Part shown: positions 52,902-64,000 of the stretch, piece after piece | Layout: every line of letters starts with the position of its first letter | Numbering within the stretch: position 1 is the stretch's first letter | Origin: Ascidiella aspersa | Taxonomy: Eukaryota | Direction of reading: 5' to 3' | Length of the DNA stretch: 64,000 bases | Assembly (NCBI GenBank): GCA_963924565.1 | Contig: OZ004608.1 | Span: 7,440,001-7,504,000, forward strand | The notes under the pieces: model-generated | Seen by the model: the letters and a program-made list of their open reading frames with translations, nothing else | What the model was told of the DNA's origin: nothing | The model's database searches: none | Program-made: the position numbers and the translations under genes

Positions 52902-53163
52902 GAGCTCGATCTAAAATAAAAAATGGAAATTTGTCCTAAATTGGCACTAGCTACTGACCCACAATTTAACAAGCCCGGCTAGAGAAAACAAGTATTTTAT
53001 CTAGTTGCAGGTTTGCTTTGTGCAAACGAAATATTATTGCAATAAATTCATTTTTGGTTGAATGAATAACAATGGTTTGTGCATATGGACGCTGTAAAAG
53101 ATGACAATATTTTTATTTTTATGTTTTGATATGTAAATTTAACAGGTATGTAGATGCACAAAA

Positions 53164-54287
53164 ATGCGGATAATTGTCTTTTTGATAACCTGCTGTTTCA
53201 TTGGTAAAAGTGCCAGTGACGCCTGGTACACTTTTGGTAGTTATAATTACAATATTTACACTTCTGGAAACAAGACGTTCGCCCAGCAGGCCTTTGCAGC
53301 TTGTAGCGCTTTTGGTGGTACACTGGCAAAAGTAAACACGACAGAAACACAGCAATTTTTGTCGACAAACTGAAAACGGTTGCTGGTAAATATACTTAAG
53401 TGTGAATTACTATAAAGGAAACTGTTCGTCAATACAATTTAAAAAACGAACGACAATACTTAAAACGCATATAGGGACGTTTTTCGTGGATGGTTTTCAA
53501 CAATGCTTTGTTTTATGTTGCAACGTAAATAACTTAAATGGAAATCATGATTAATTACAAATACCTTGATCAATACCAACCAAAACTATGCATGTACCGC
53601 AAGTAAGGAAAACATCCAATTTATTGGGTTGTCAATAATACTTCAGCGTTGTGCGAAGAACACAGTTTAAAAAAAGTACATTCGTTATGTATTAAAAAAT
53701 TTGTTTTAAATTAAATTCGATCTTGTTTTTCAAAATTTAACTTTATATAGCGTTTAAGCAATCATGAAGAAAGCGGTTATGTTTAGGGGACAAACAAAGC
53801 TTTGCTATCGGATTAAGGCGAGTAATCGGCACCAATATATTTCTGTGGTTGGACGGATTAATCGTGAAGTTTTCAGGATGGTGCGTTGGCGAACCGAACC
53901 ATTTTAGAAGGATTCAGGACTGTGTAATTATGAAGTAAGCAAGCCAGTTCACGTGGAATGACGTTGCCCGCAGCACGGAGCAACAATATATTTGTCAGAC
54001 CGACATCGGTATGTCTTTATGAAAAACATAAGTTTTGTCTGATAAAGTTAAACATGACGTATGTAATTTGCAGAACCAACTAAGAAGGCAAAGACACACA
54101 CAACTACTCAACCGATAGCCACGGTTGATATACAACAAAGAAACAACAGACGTTGCGCAAGAAACATCGGTCGATTTAACTGTAAAGCCATCCAGCAATA
54201 TTTCATCGACATCAGTCTTTCAGGTGACAAAGTTTTGGCGGGTCGATTTACAAACAGGGCTCGAGTGACATTACTAGCAATTTATAG
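53164..54287 (+). pseudogene. G9: CTLD pseudogene with EPN/WND motifs; no TM or tail exon found
   Basis: Exon 53164-53385 has a late frameshift (TGA 53371-53373). Exon 53787-54008 reads ...WCVGEPNHFRRIQDCVIMK*ASQFTWNDVAR..., with TAA at 53936-53938 and the third Cys replaced by Arg. The stalk exon from 54074 is frameshifted. Confidence 0.85.
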
Positions 54288-54998
54288 GTAATCTCTAACT
54301 CATAATAACGCTATGACGTGAATAACGCTTTTATTTGGTTTAAAATTGAAGTCCCTATAAGCGTCATCCATAATCACAAAGAATAGATGTAGAAAAAACA
54401 CTTTAGGGAAATGCGGGAAATTTAATCATTAATCCATTTTTTGGTAGAATTTCAATACGACCGTTATTTTCTAAATATGGAAGAACTATTGCGCAATACA
54501 ATAGAAAGTTGGCAAAACATTTTTTGTGGAGTTTTAGGTTGTACGTCTCCTTTTCGCTGAAAAGACTCTCTCAAAACGCAAACGTACGACATGTGATAAT
54601 AAGATAAAATAGTTAGTTTACGGATAGACTATATAGACAAAAAATATGATAAATTGGGTCTTGCCCATTTTGCAAAAGAGGTGGTGGGCCGGATAAATTG
54701 CATTTGCGGATCTGACCCGTTGGCCTTTGGTTGCCGACTCCTTGTTTAAATCAAGAATTTGAAATTGGAATCTACAGTCCTGATAATCTAATTAGTAACA
54801 CGTCGCTGGACTCACAAGCATACTTATGAGGTTCCCCTTATAAATGAGTGCCTTCGATAGTTGACAAGGGTCTAAAGAGTTAATTATGGCATTATTTTAG
54901 TTCATTTAGTATCTGCAGTCATGACTGTGTGTGTTTTAATATTTGACACATTACTTCAAAAACAGTTCGACTAAGTTCTTTGACTTGCCACTTACAAC

Positions 54999-55338
54999 CA
55001 GGGCTGCGGAGACGGAGTCGGACTCGGGACTCGGAACTCGAGTAAGACCTTGCAAAACTACCGGAGTCCCGAGTCCGACATGCGCATGCGCAGTATCACA
55101 TTTTTAAACTGATATGGCCGCCAACTGGAAATTGTAAATGTGTAATAGCATATGGTGGAATATTTTCCATCCAAGTATTGTGAGTGGATAAGTTTTATGA
55201 CTACCCTATAAGTGGATTGCGGAATATCCACGTTATTTCAGTTACGTAAATTGGCGGAACACAGGCTGTAGAGTCAGGGCCGGACTCGGGACTCGGGAGT
55301 CGGACTCGGGTTAAGTTTAACGACTTACAACATACCTG
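54999..55338. mobile_element. hAT-type MITE (GGAGTCGGACTC family), copy 1
   Basis: Starts cagggctgcggag, has 8-bp flanking duplication CTTACAAC, and its internal sequence is collinear with 63276-63848. The right TIR is damaged. Confidence 0.8.
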
Positions 55339-56835
55339 CTTACAACATACAAACATGATAAAATCTGAATCAACACTTTGTAATTAATGGCATCTATATA
55401 ACGCATGAAGAGAAATAGATGTATCGTACATGCAGTGCTAAATGCCAGTCGGAATATTCTCGACTGTCATCCCGGTAAAATAATTGCTGTCGGGTCTGCG
55501 TTTCGGAAAAATAATTGCTGCTTGCAGATAGTTTGCGGATGGTCGTATAAAACTGTTGTTTTTTGCCAGGTCATGTCCCTTTTTAGCCAAGCCATACCTT
55601 AATCAAGGTGGATCACACCAGTGGAACCCGGGTTTTGAGACTTGTGATGGAAAATTGTAAAACAAAAACTTTTGCAATATTAATTTGTTTGCCGTCTTGT
55701 CAATACCGTTATCAACGTAATTTCATCAAATTTTGTATTTATTTAATTTTATACTATCTTTGGTTATTTGTGATGTAAAATAAGATACAAGCGATCAGAT
55801 TCTCATGTCGTGTTGAAATACAAGTTTAATATTCTTTATTTATTTTTAGAAACGTTAGTTCATTGACGAAGCATATATAGTGTTTTTCGTTTTACTCCTT
55901 ATCGTAAAAGTGACAAGGAACTTATTTTACGGATCAAAACGTCATCACGGTTAATTGAGTTGTCAATTACTAACAACAGACCAATATATCTACATGACAA
56001 ACGCACTTTGAATCATAAATGAATGTAACATCAAGTATGACTTCTACGTAGAGTTTACACATAATATAAGCTGCAGTCCAGAGCGCAATGTACAGAAGTA
56101 AGGTGTAATTTCGAGTTAACAAAAATCCATTATGCAGCGAGTGAAGATCGTGGTTTTAGTTCCTCAGAGGCCAATCGTTAAGATAAAAGGAAACAAAATT
56201 AAGACTGTTTATTGAAAACGGGTGCGGAGCACAAATAACTTCTTTCATTAAGGAGTCCAAATATTTAACTGATCCCAATCAAGAATCATAGGATTGTCAC
56301 GTATCGATTTTACGGTCTTCGAAATAAAAAGCACTAGTTAATGCTTGGTTTGCATTACATTAGTGCTCCGTAACTGCGTTATAACGTTAAACAATAATTT
56401 GGCAAACTCGATAAAACCTAAACCACACTATACCTACACTCAAATATATGTGAATTAATAGCGGTTTAGTACGTGATTTCGCGTATCTCTACTGCGAGAC
56501 AACATTCTAAATTTGTTCTTCGAGAGTTTGTGTAACGTTTTAGAATAATTTCAGTCAAATAGCTGAACAAGAAAGAAAACCACAAATAATTCTACGAAAC
56601 ATAAACAAAGACACTAACAAAACAACATATTGCACACTATGACTATAGTATCCTTTTTGAAGTCGTAATAACAGACAAAGCTTGAGCGATATTTCGGCTC
56701 AGCAATGAACGATCTATCGAATAGTGTAAATACAATAAAAACATTATTGTCTGTGATGTAAACAATTGTTCTAAGTGCATTACAGTTTGTTATCTTATTG
56801 ATATGCTATTTTTGACAGGATTAAGAGGGTCAAAA

Positions 56836-59800
56836 ATGCTTAGAGTTGTGTTTTTCATCATGTATTGCATGACCGGACAAAGTTACAGTGAAGAATGGCA
56901 TAACTTTGGTAGTTATGAATACTACATTCACTTTAATGGAAAGGCGAATTTTAGCAAAGCCATAAAAGCTTGTGAAACAAAAGGTGGCCAACTAGCTAAA
57001 GTAAACTCGTCAGAAATTCAGAACTTCTTGGTCAACAAATTGAAAAATTTGCAAAATATTACAGGTAATTGAGAATTTTTTTGGGGGGTTTAAACATTAT
57101 TGCTTTCACAGGTCTTTATTTCAATAACTGCGCCAAAATAATCGCATACCAAAATATTTTGTTTTTCTTTTGTTAAGTTGTTTCGAAAATAAAACCTTTC
57201 AGGTTCCATGTTTTTGGGCAAAAATTAATTTACAACATGTGTTCGACGATCGTTTAACGAAAAAGTAAATTTAGGTGCTACAAGTCATTTAGTAAAGTTT
57301 TACTTTTGAAAAGCTAATTGGTTTTGGGAATTCTATAAGTTTACATCTTCTCATACCTAGGATCCGAGTGTTACTATTTTCACGTTGTTTTTACTTGTAA
57401 AAAATTCATGGTTTTTCCTTTAAAAGATGTCATTACTTTTTAAAAGATTTCAAGTTTTACATTGGGCTGGTGCGGAATTCTACGACAAAATTCCAGTGCT
57501 TGGATGAATCAAGGCTAAATTATTCACATTGGATCGGTGGTATTGAACCGAAAATTCGCAACCCAAGTCGCAATTGTGTTGTCATTGTTCCGAATAAAAC
57601 TTATTATTGGGATGATATTGAATGCAAAAGAAAGAAAAATTACATTTGTCAGAAATACATTGGTATGGGTAAATTAGTCCAATAATTCTAACCTTGGTGT
57701 AAGTAAAACAGTAACGTTTTGTATGTAGAACCTACTACCACTGCTTCTCTATCAACAAAGCCAGACGCTACCAACACCATCGTAACAAATCGAACATCGA
57801 CAAAAAATGCAGAAACAACTGCAAATCCAATCACCAATGAACTTATAACAGAACATCCGTCTACAAAAATGTCCTTGATGACAATGCAATCGAACGAAGC
57901 TTCTTCTGAAACAACCAATTTTCAGGAACCGACAGGTGACATTATTAAAGATACAAAACTTGACCGAGTATTTTTGCCACAACTGTAACCACTATTAAAT
58001 GTTAAAATAGCGATATCTGAAACACTTATTAATTTACATTTGAGAAACGAAAAATAGGAGCGAATGAAACAGCCACGAGGCTATGGCCCCAAAACTATAT
58101 TTTGCCGAGTTTTAGCGACATAAATACTAAAAGCTTTATTAGTTGACTGGCACCTTGTTATATCCCATTTCTGAATATTTGCATGCCCCAAAATAATGGT
58201 CTTGAATCCACCCCTGGCGCCAAAACAGTGTTAATATTGCTGCAGAAACGCATAATTTTATGTACCTTGCTGGAATATACTTAAACATTAACTGATTTAA
58301 AAATATTAAGTAACAGAAGTGTCTTATGTATTTAGCCGGCAACGTTGCTGAAGATAGTTATAATAATTTGTCCGTTATACTTGGATCTACATTTGCTGGA
58401 ATCGCGGTTCTTCTTTGCACAGTCGCCATTGTGATTTATAGAAGGTTGGTTTTAAATCTAGTTCACAAAGCTGGCGAGTTTCTGATTTGACAAACAATGG
58501 TGGTTAAATAAGATAGTGATGTGGTTTACTAACCTACATGTGAAACTTCAAATTTTGTCAGCAGAATCAATAGTATTGAAAAACGTATATGGCAAACTGA
58601 ATATTTAAAATTAGAAAATGTATTTTTACGCTTACACTTAAATGACGACAATGACTACAAATAGGTGCAAAGTAAATGTTTTGCAGACTTCCCTGTCTTG
58701 GTCAAAAGTCAATTATTTGAAAGTTTTAGTCATTTAAATGAGAAATAAATTTCGCCACAAAAAAGGCGTCATCATTCTCTAATAGAAAATATTGTGGCGA
58801 AATATGTTGCTCTTTTAATTGACTAAAACTTATAAATGTCGGACTTTGACCACGACAGAAACGTCTGAAGAATACTTGAAAAAATCTATTTAAAGGAAGC
58901 GTGGAAAGAATGTTGCTCCTTCTACTGCAATTCGGGTTCAACAAGGTACGTCAGTTTGTTGTTCAACGCACCAACGCAAGTGACTAATCAGTATGATTAA
59001 CGCTTTAGCAATTAAAGTGTTGAAATACTACGTCAGATGCACGTATACAATGGATTTCACATGATCGCGAAGTTGAATCAATAACAGCTGTAATATTCAC
59101 AATCACATTCTAAAGTTCAACACGTGTTAACACCACTTATTTCTATTGTTTACGCCTATGCAACAATATGTACAGAACAGAGAGTAATAAATGGATTTTT
59201 TTAAAGAATCCGACAATCACGAGAAAATAAGCTATTCAAATCTAAATTTTCATTGGTGGTTACTGTCTCTAACTAATAATACATAAGGGTTAACGTAACT
59301 TGAATTATTATATTATAATCCTATTACATTCAATAAACATTGATACAGACGAAAATTACCCTGGTTATGTCAACGCTGATATCGACGAAATACAACCAAA
59401 AAACGAATTTCTCAAATTACATCAAAAAGGTGAGAATCAAATAATATTAGTGCAACCGCAAGTCGCATATTCCACAATGGAAGAAGCCAGCGTCCTGCGC
59501 GAAATCAATAATTTAGAAGACGAATATTCTCACCTTAACGACCGAGCTGCTGCTTCGATTCCCACTCCAATCGTTCGCGATGAAACGTTTCTGTTTAATG
59601 GTGACACGCCGATCGTTGGATACAGCACCGTTGCAGAGGTGGGGATTGAACCTGCGACCTACGAAGCGATTAACGCAGGTTAGGACCGCACTTTTACCCG
59701 ATTACGGGAATGAAACTTTCAGACACAAAATCAAAAATATAGCTATAGTATGAAATAAATGTAAGGGTTATATACATATATTGGTATTGCGTAAATAGAG

Positions 59801-61414
59801 TTTAATATGTAGGTATATACTTAAGGGTGTATATATAATTAAACCCCAACACATATAAACTGTCATACGTTTTCGAAACGTTTGTCAATTTAGTTTGCAC
59901 CGGAATACTATTTACTAATCTAATTGATGTTTATTGCGATGTGCAATTACGTCCATCTCCACGACTAGCACTCGTATTGCACTATTTAGGCTAATTACAA
60001 TAAATCATTGCAGTAGCAATAAACAAGAAGATTTCAGTTTATTGTAGAGCTCTAACTTACTATAAAGGTTGTATAAACATACGGTCGTTTTGGTCTTTGT
60101 TTTAAAGGCCTTTCGCTGCGTGGCGAGAACGCCAACGTTGTATAGTCTTTCTTAAGGAAATGCGACCAGCGCCATACGCTATGCATCACTTGTTTCCATC
60201 AACCGACCAGCTCACAACCCAACTAAATCTAGGCTGCTTATGTGCCCTAAAACAATGTGCGCTGCAAACTAACGAATGCCCCTTTAGTTCTAAAACAAAG
60301 TATAAAACAGTTAGCGATTACTTGCAAGCGAAAACCTAAAGATGTAACGGCAAGAAACTAAATAAGGCAAAAGTGATAAGCAAAGCAAATTAAACAGAAA
60401 AAACACGATTAAATTAACACAACATTAATTACACCATTCTTGTGTATTTGTTAAGTCTACTCATGCATATGCACCGTTCACAGACGCAAACGAAGACGAC
60501 ATTCACATTGAGGCTGCTTACGCTTCGTTGAACGACATAAAAATTCCCGATTTGTCTACCAAACCCCACTTAAACAACTGTGATGACTACAGCGACGTGG
60601 CCCTGGAAACCAACGACCCACCAAAAGTTAACGCGAACACACCTGAAGATGTTTACACAATTATTGGCAAAGGTAAGTAATAAATTGTACAATATAGGCA
60701 TTTAATCGCGCAACCTTAGAAGTTCACATATGTCTACAACTATAGCAGACACCACGTATCGAAAGAGTTATTAAATACCTTTGCGATTTATTACGATAAA
60801 TTAAAGAATAATTTTATTTTGATTTTTTATAATGATAACTTGTTGAGTAAAAGTAATTCAACATAGATTGGGCGATTATAGCCAAACTGTAGGGCAGTGA
60901 TTCCCAAACTGTGTGCCTTGTCAAGTGTACCGCGAAACTTTTTGTAATTTTGGAAAAAAAGGGTTTATTTGTTTTACCAATAGGCATACAAAAGCCATGC
61001 ATGCAAGCTTTTTTAATTTAACTAAGCACTTTCCATAACAAATTAATAATATTAAGACATTGAAATAAGGCAGTTGGTCGTGTGTTAAGGGCGGTTATAA
61101 AATTACTTCATTGATGTTTTTTAAAAGTGTGTCGCGAAATATTTAAGATATTTTTAGTGTACCGCGAGCCAAAGAGCCTTGGAACCACAGCTGTAGGGTA
61201 AAAGCTAGGTAAGGAGATTCGTCATTGCGTATAATGTCGCCGATCCTATAAGCATAACATAATATTTTCGCAAGACTGAAAGGACTTATATTTTCTTTTA
61301 AATTCATATTTTCCAGCAGGACCCTCGAGGAAAAGGAAAGCTGTTTTGCCACAAGAAGATTTAAAGGACGAACCCACGATTGATTTGTATTCTAAGGTTA
61401 ATAAAGGCCGCTAG
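56836..61414 (+). CDS. G10: divergent type I CTLD-mucin-TM receptor with a 10-Tyr cytoplasmic tail, about 475 aa
   Basis: Exons 56836-57064, 57447-57662, 57729-57935, 58336-58444, 58896-58945, 59349-59678, 60484-60672, 61317-61414. CTLD EPK/WDD; TM LSVILGSTFAGIAVLLCTVAIVIY; tail YVNA, YSTM, YSHL, VGYSTV, YEAI, YASL, YSDV, YTII, DLYSKVNK. Confidence 0.88.
60895..61190. mobile_element. hAT-type MITE in the last intron of G10
   Basis: Termini cagtgattcccaaac / ccttggaaccacag; perfect 8-bp TSD CTGTAGGG. Confidence 0.8.
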
Positions 61415-61456
61415 TGATGTCTTTAAGTTAAAGTAGTTGATAATAATTTAAATTGA

Positions 61457-61519
61457 TTATTATCGCGTGTGCTATTTGGGTATTACAATTATTATCGCGT
61501 GTGCTATTTGGGTATTACA
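61457..61519. repeat. Exact tandem duplication of about 31 bp in the G10 3' UTR
   Basis: attattatcgcgtgtgctatttgggtattac occurs twice. Confidence 0.9.
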
Positions 61520-63275
61520 CTGTAAAAGGGTTGTATAGCGTTGGCGAACGATGTGTATTATACAGATTCCGTTGAATATGTCAATTGCGTTTCTCAAAAA
61601 AAGTTTCATATTCCGGCTAATCTAACGCTCATTTATGGATTAATTTTTGTAAATTGTTAATTTACTTCTCTGAAGAGTCTAATTGTAAAATTACTAAAGA
61701 ATTTTATCGTATTATGACGTGTTTTCGTTTCTATTAAAACACTCACTAATGGTGACAATAAAAAATGCATTAATTGTGTACAAATGTTAACCTGTTATTG
61801 TGCGTTTTATCCATCTTATTTTTCACTAAATTTTTCTGGAATGTAATACACTGGTATTTAAAATAAAAATGCATAAATGTGTCTGTTATAAATTCGAAGT
61901 TATATAAACATATTTTACTTAAACTTGTCTGCTACTTCGTCGACACTTACTGAGATGTGGTAATACAGTTTAATCAGGTTTTAGATGCAAATATGAATGT
62001 AGTAGAAACGCGGTACGCATTATTACACTTGCCATTATTGCCCGGAACCCCGCTCAAACCGGCTACCACATGAAAGCCTTTGTGTACAAGCCGCAGTAGG
62101 TAGACGTACAAGGAAACAAAAGTGAAGAAAATGGTGAGTGATGATACATCAACATAAAGCAATACTTTTTAGGACGGGCATAAAAGTATTGCTTAATGGT
62201 GATGTATCATTAAAAAAGTAGAGGATAAAGAGTTAAAACTTGTTTTCACGTCAATGAAAATAGTCGAACAGAACACCGATCCTACTGTTATCAGTTTTTC
62301 GCCAGAGAATGCCCACGAAAAATAATACTGACAGAACTACGCAGGGCAAAAGGCCGTACGAGGTTAAAATAACACAGGTGGAAGCAAATCATGCCTGGAA
62401 CGCGTAGGATAAAAAGTTTGCAATTCAAACGAAGATGTCACTAAACGACCCTTTTCGTGAAAATGGAACGAAGTGTGTAACTGAGTATACCTCGCGGCAG
62501 AACAAAATCAATATAACATCCGAAATAATACACACAATTTAACAATTTGTTTGTTTTTGTATTTTCGTGTTCGTTATCTGCCTTGCGCTAATCATTACCA
62601 CTTCAAAGAGCATTCATTACTAATACTTTATATTATGTCCACGTCCGTATTAATGCTTTATCGCGTTGCGCTGCTTATCTCATTAAAATATAACGCTTGA
62701 CTTGCTTACGAGGAAATGATGCGTCTATGCGACTTTTTAGCACCATGACAAAATCCATCACTAACATTAGCTATTGTTTGAAGTTAAACCCACGCTCCTA
62801 TCACTTCTGCTCATTGTTGTACATCCGCTCGCTTTAGTCATGTAAATCTTCCTAAACTGAAAGTTAGATGTATCAGTTAATTTGCCAGTTCTACTGGATT
62901 ATGAGGCGCATTATTTTGGTTGAGATTCCGTGACAATTAACATTCAACAGTTTAAGAAGCTTTCGGCGAGAAGTAATGAGCTTTATATTTAAAGTCGTTC
63001 GTAAAATAATTTCTTCATTTTAGAAAATCCAAAGGACTAAATAGGGTATTATAAAAATGAATGTTGTGACGGATTTTATTGCATTAAGATTTCAACTGTC
63101 ATTATGACTGCATATCAACACATTTAAACTTAGGCTAATTCAATAGCTTGTACTAAGGATGTAGTTTCATGAAGGTACAAAAATATAATAATGAAAAATA
63201 TAGATTCTATACATTTTATAGTTGAAATAATTTATGTACATAAGTTCGGTTATGAAGATTACGCTCTGCGTCAGT

Positions 63276-63848
63276 CAGGTCTGCGGAGTCGGACTCGGGA
63301 CTCGGAACTCGAGGAGTTGGTTTGTTTTGCTGGAGTCGGACTCGGGACTCGAGTAAGACCAGGTAAAACTACCAGAGTCCCGAGTCCGACATGCATATGC
63401 GCAGTACCAAATTTTAAAACTGACATGGCTGCCAACCAGAATTTGTAAAGAGGGATAGCATATGGTGGAATATTTTCCAACCATGTATTGTGAGTGCATG
63501 AATTATACGACACCCCTATAGGTGGATAGCTGAATATCCATGTCATTTTAGTTACGTAACTTGGAAGAATGCAGGCTTTAGTGTTAAGGCCGGACTCGGG
63601 ACTCGACGAAATTGCACATTTGACCGGAGTCGGACTCGGGTTTAGTGTTTTGACCGGAATCGGACTCGGGAGTCGGACTCGGGTTTAGTGTTTTGACCGG
63701 AGTCGGACTCGGGAGTAGGACTCGGGAGTCGGACTCGGGAGTCGGACTCGGGAGTCGGACTCGGGTTTAGTGTTTTGACCGGAGTCGGACTCGGGAGTCG
63801 GACTCGGGAGTCGGACTCGGGTTACTTTTAACCGACTCCGCAGCCCTG
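63276..63848. mobile_element. hAT-type MITE (GGAGTCGGACTC family), copy 2, with expanded subterminal tandem array
   Basis: TIRs caggtctgcggagtcgg / ccgactccgcagccctg; flanks gcgtcagt / gcgtcaac; many GGAGTCGGACTCG units at 63590-63820. Confidence 0.88.
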
Positions 63849-63907
63849 GCGTCAACATTTTAAAATTTTGTTTGTTTTGTGATTGGCAGGAATATATCTG
63901 AGAAACA

Positions 63908-64000
63908 ATGTACAGTGTGGTGCTTCTGGTGATCTGTTGTTTGACTGGTGTAAGCACTAGTGAAGTCGGGTATAGGTTAGGTAGTTATGAGTATTACATT
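63908..64000 (+). CDS. G11: start of a further CTLD paralog, cut by the window edge
   Basis: MYSVVLLVICCLTGVSTSEVGYRLGSYEYYI matches the family signal peptide plus the G(S/D/N)YEYYI start of the CTLD. Upstream acceptor cag at 63887-63889. Confidence 0.8.
   Translation, partial: MYSVVLLVICCLTGVSTSEVGYRLGSYEYYI

Noticed and set aside
63191-63957. ORFs overlapping the GGAGTCGGACTC array
   Set aside because: Products of a non-coding MITE repeat, with no transposase motifs.

Overview
AT-rich animal genomic DNA with many short GT-AG introns. An invertebrate is most likely and an ascidian/tunicate is plausible, but the organism is my inference. The whole window is one tandem, all plus-strand array of about 12 paralogous C-type lectin domain (CTLD) genes, numbered G0-G11 here. 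I assembled the exons by hand, and splice phases and homologous exon lengths are consistent between copies. The common plan is: signal peptide, short-form 4-Cys CTLD split over two exons, one or more phase 1-1 Ser/Thr-rich mucin-stalk exons, a TM exon, a short juxtamembrane exon, then tyrosine-motif tail exons, i.e. type I membrane receptors. The intact receptors fall into two signalling classes. G1, G6, G8 and G10 have an uncharged TM and a long tail with ITIM-type and Y-[AS]-x-V-[NR]-K motifs. G2, G3 and G5 have juxtamembrane cysteines, a Glu inside the TM and a short tail with acidic DxGY motifs, and G5 also carries a canonical ITAM. The array also holds a secreted CTLD-only gene (G4), two pseudogenes (G7, G9), an orphan tail exon (G0), the start of G11, several hAT and PIF/Harbinger MITEs, and hairpins with a hammerhead-like core. 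It reads as a birth-and-death, paired activating/inhibitory lectin immunoreceptor complex. Function and novelty are not verified.
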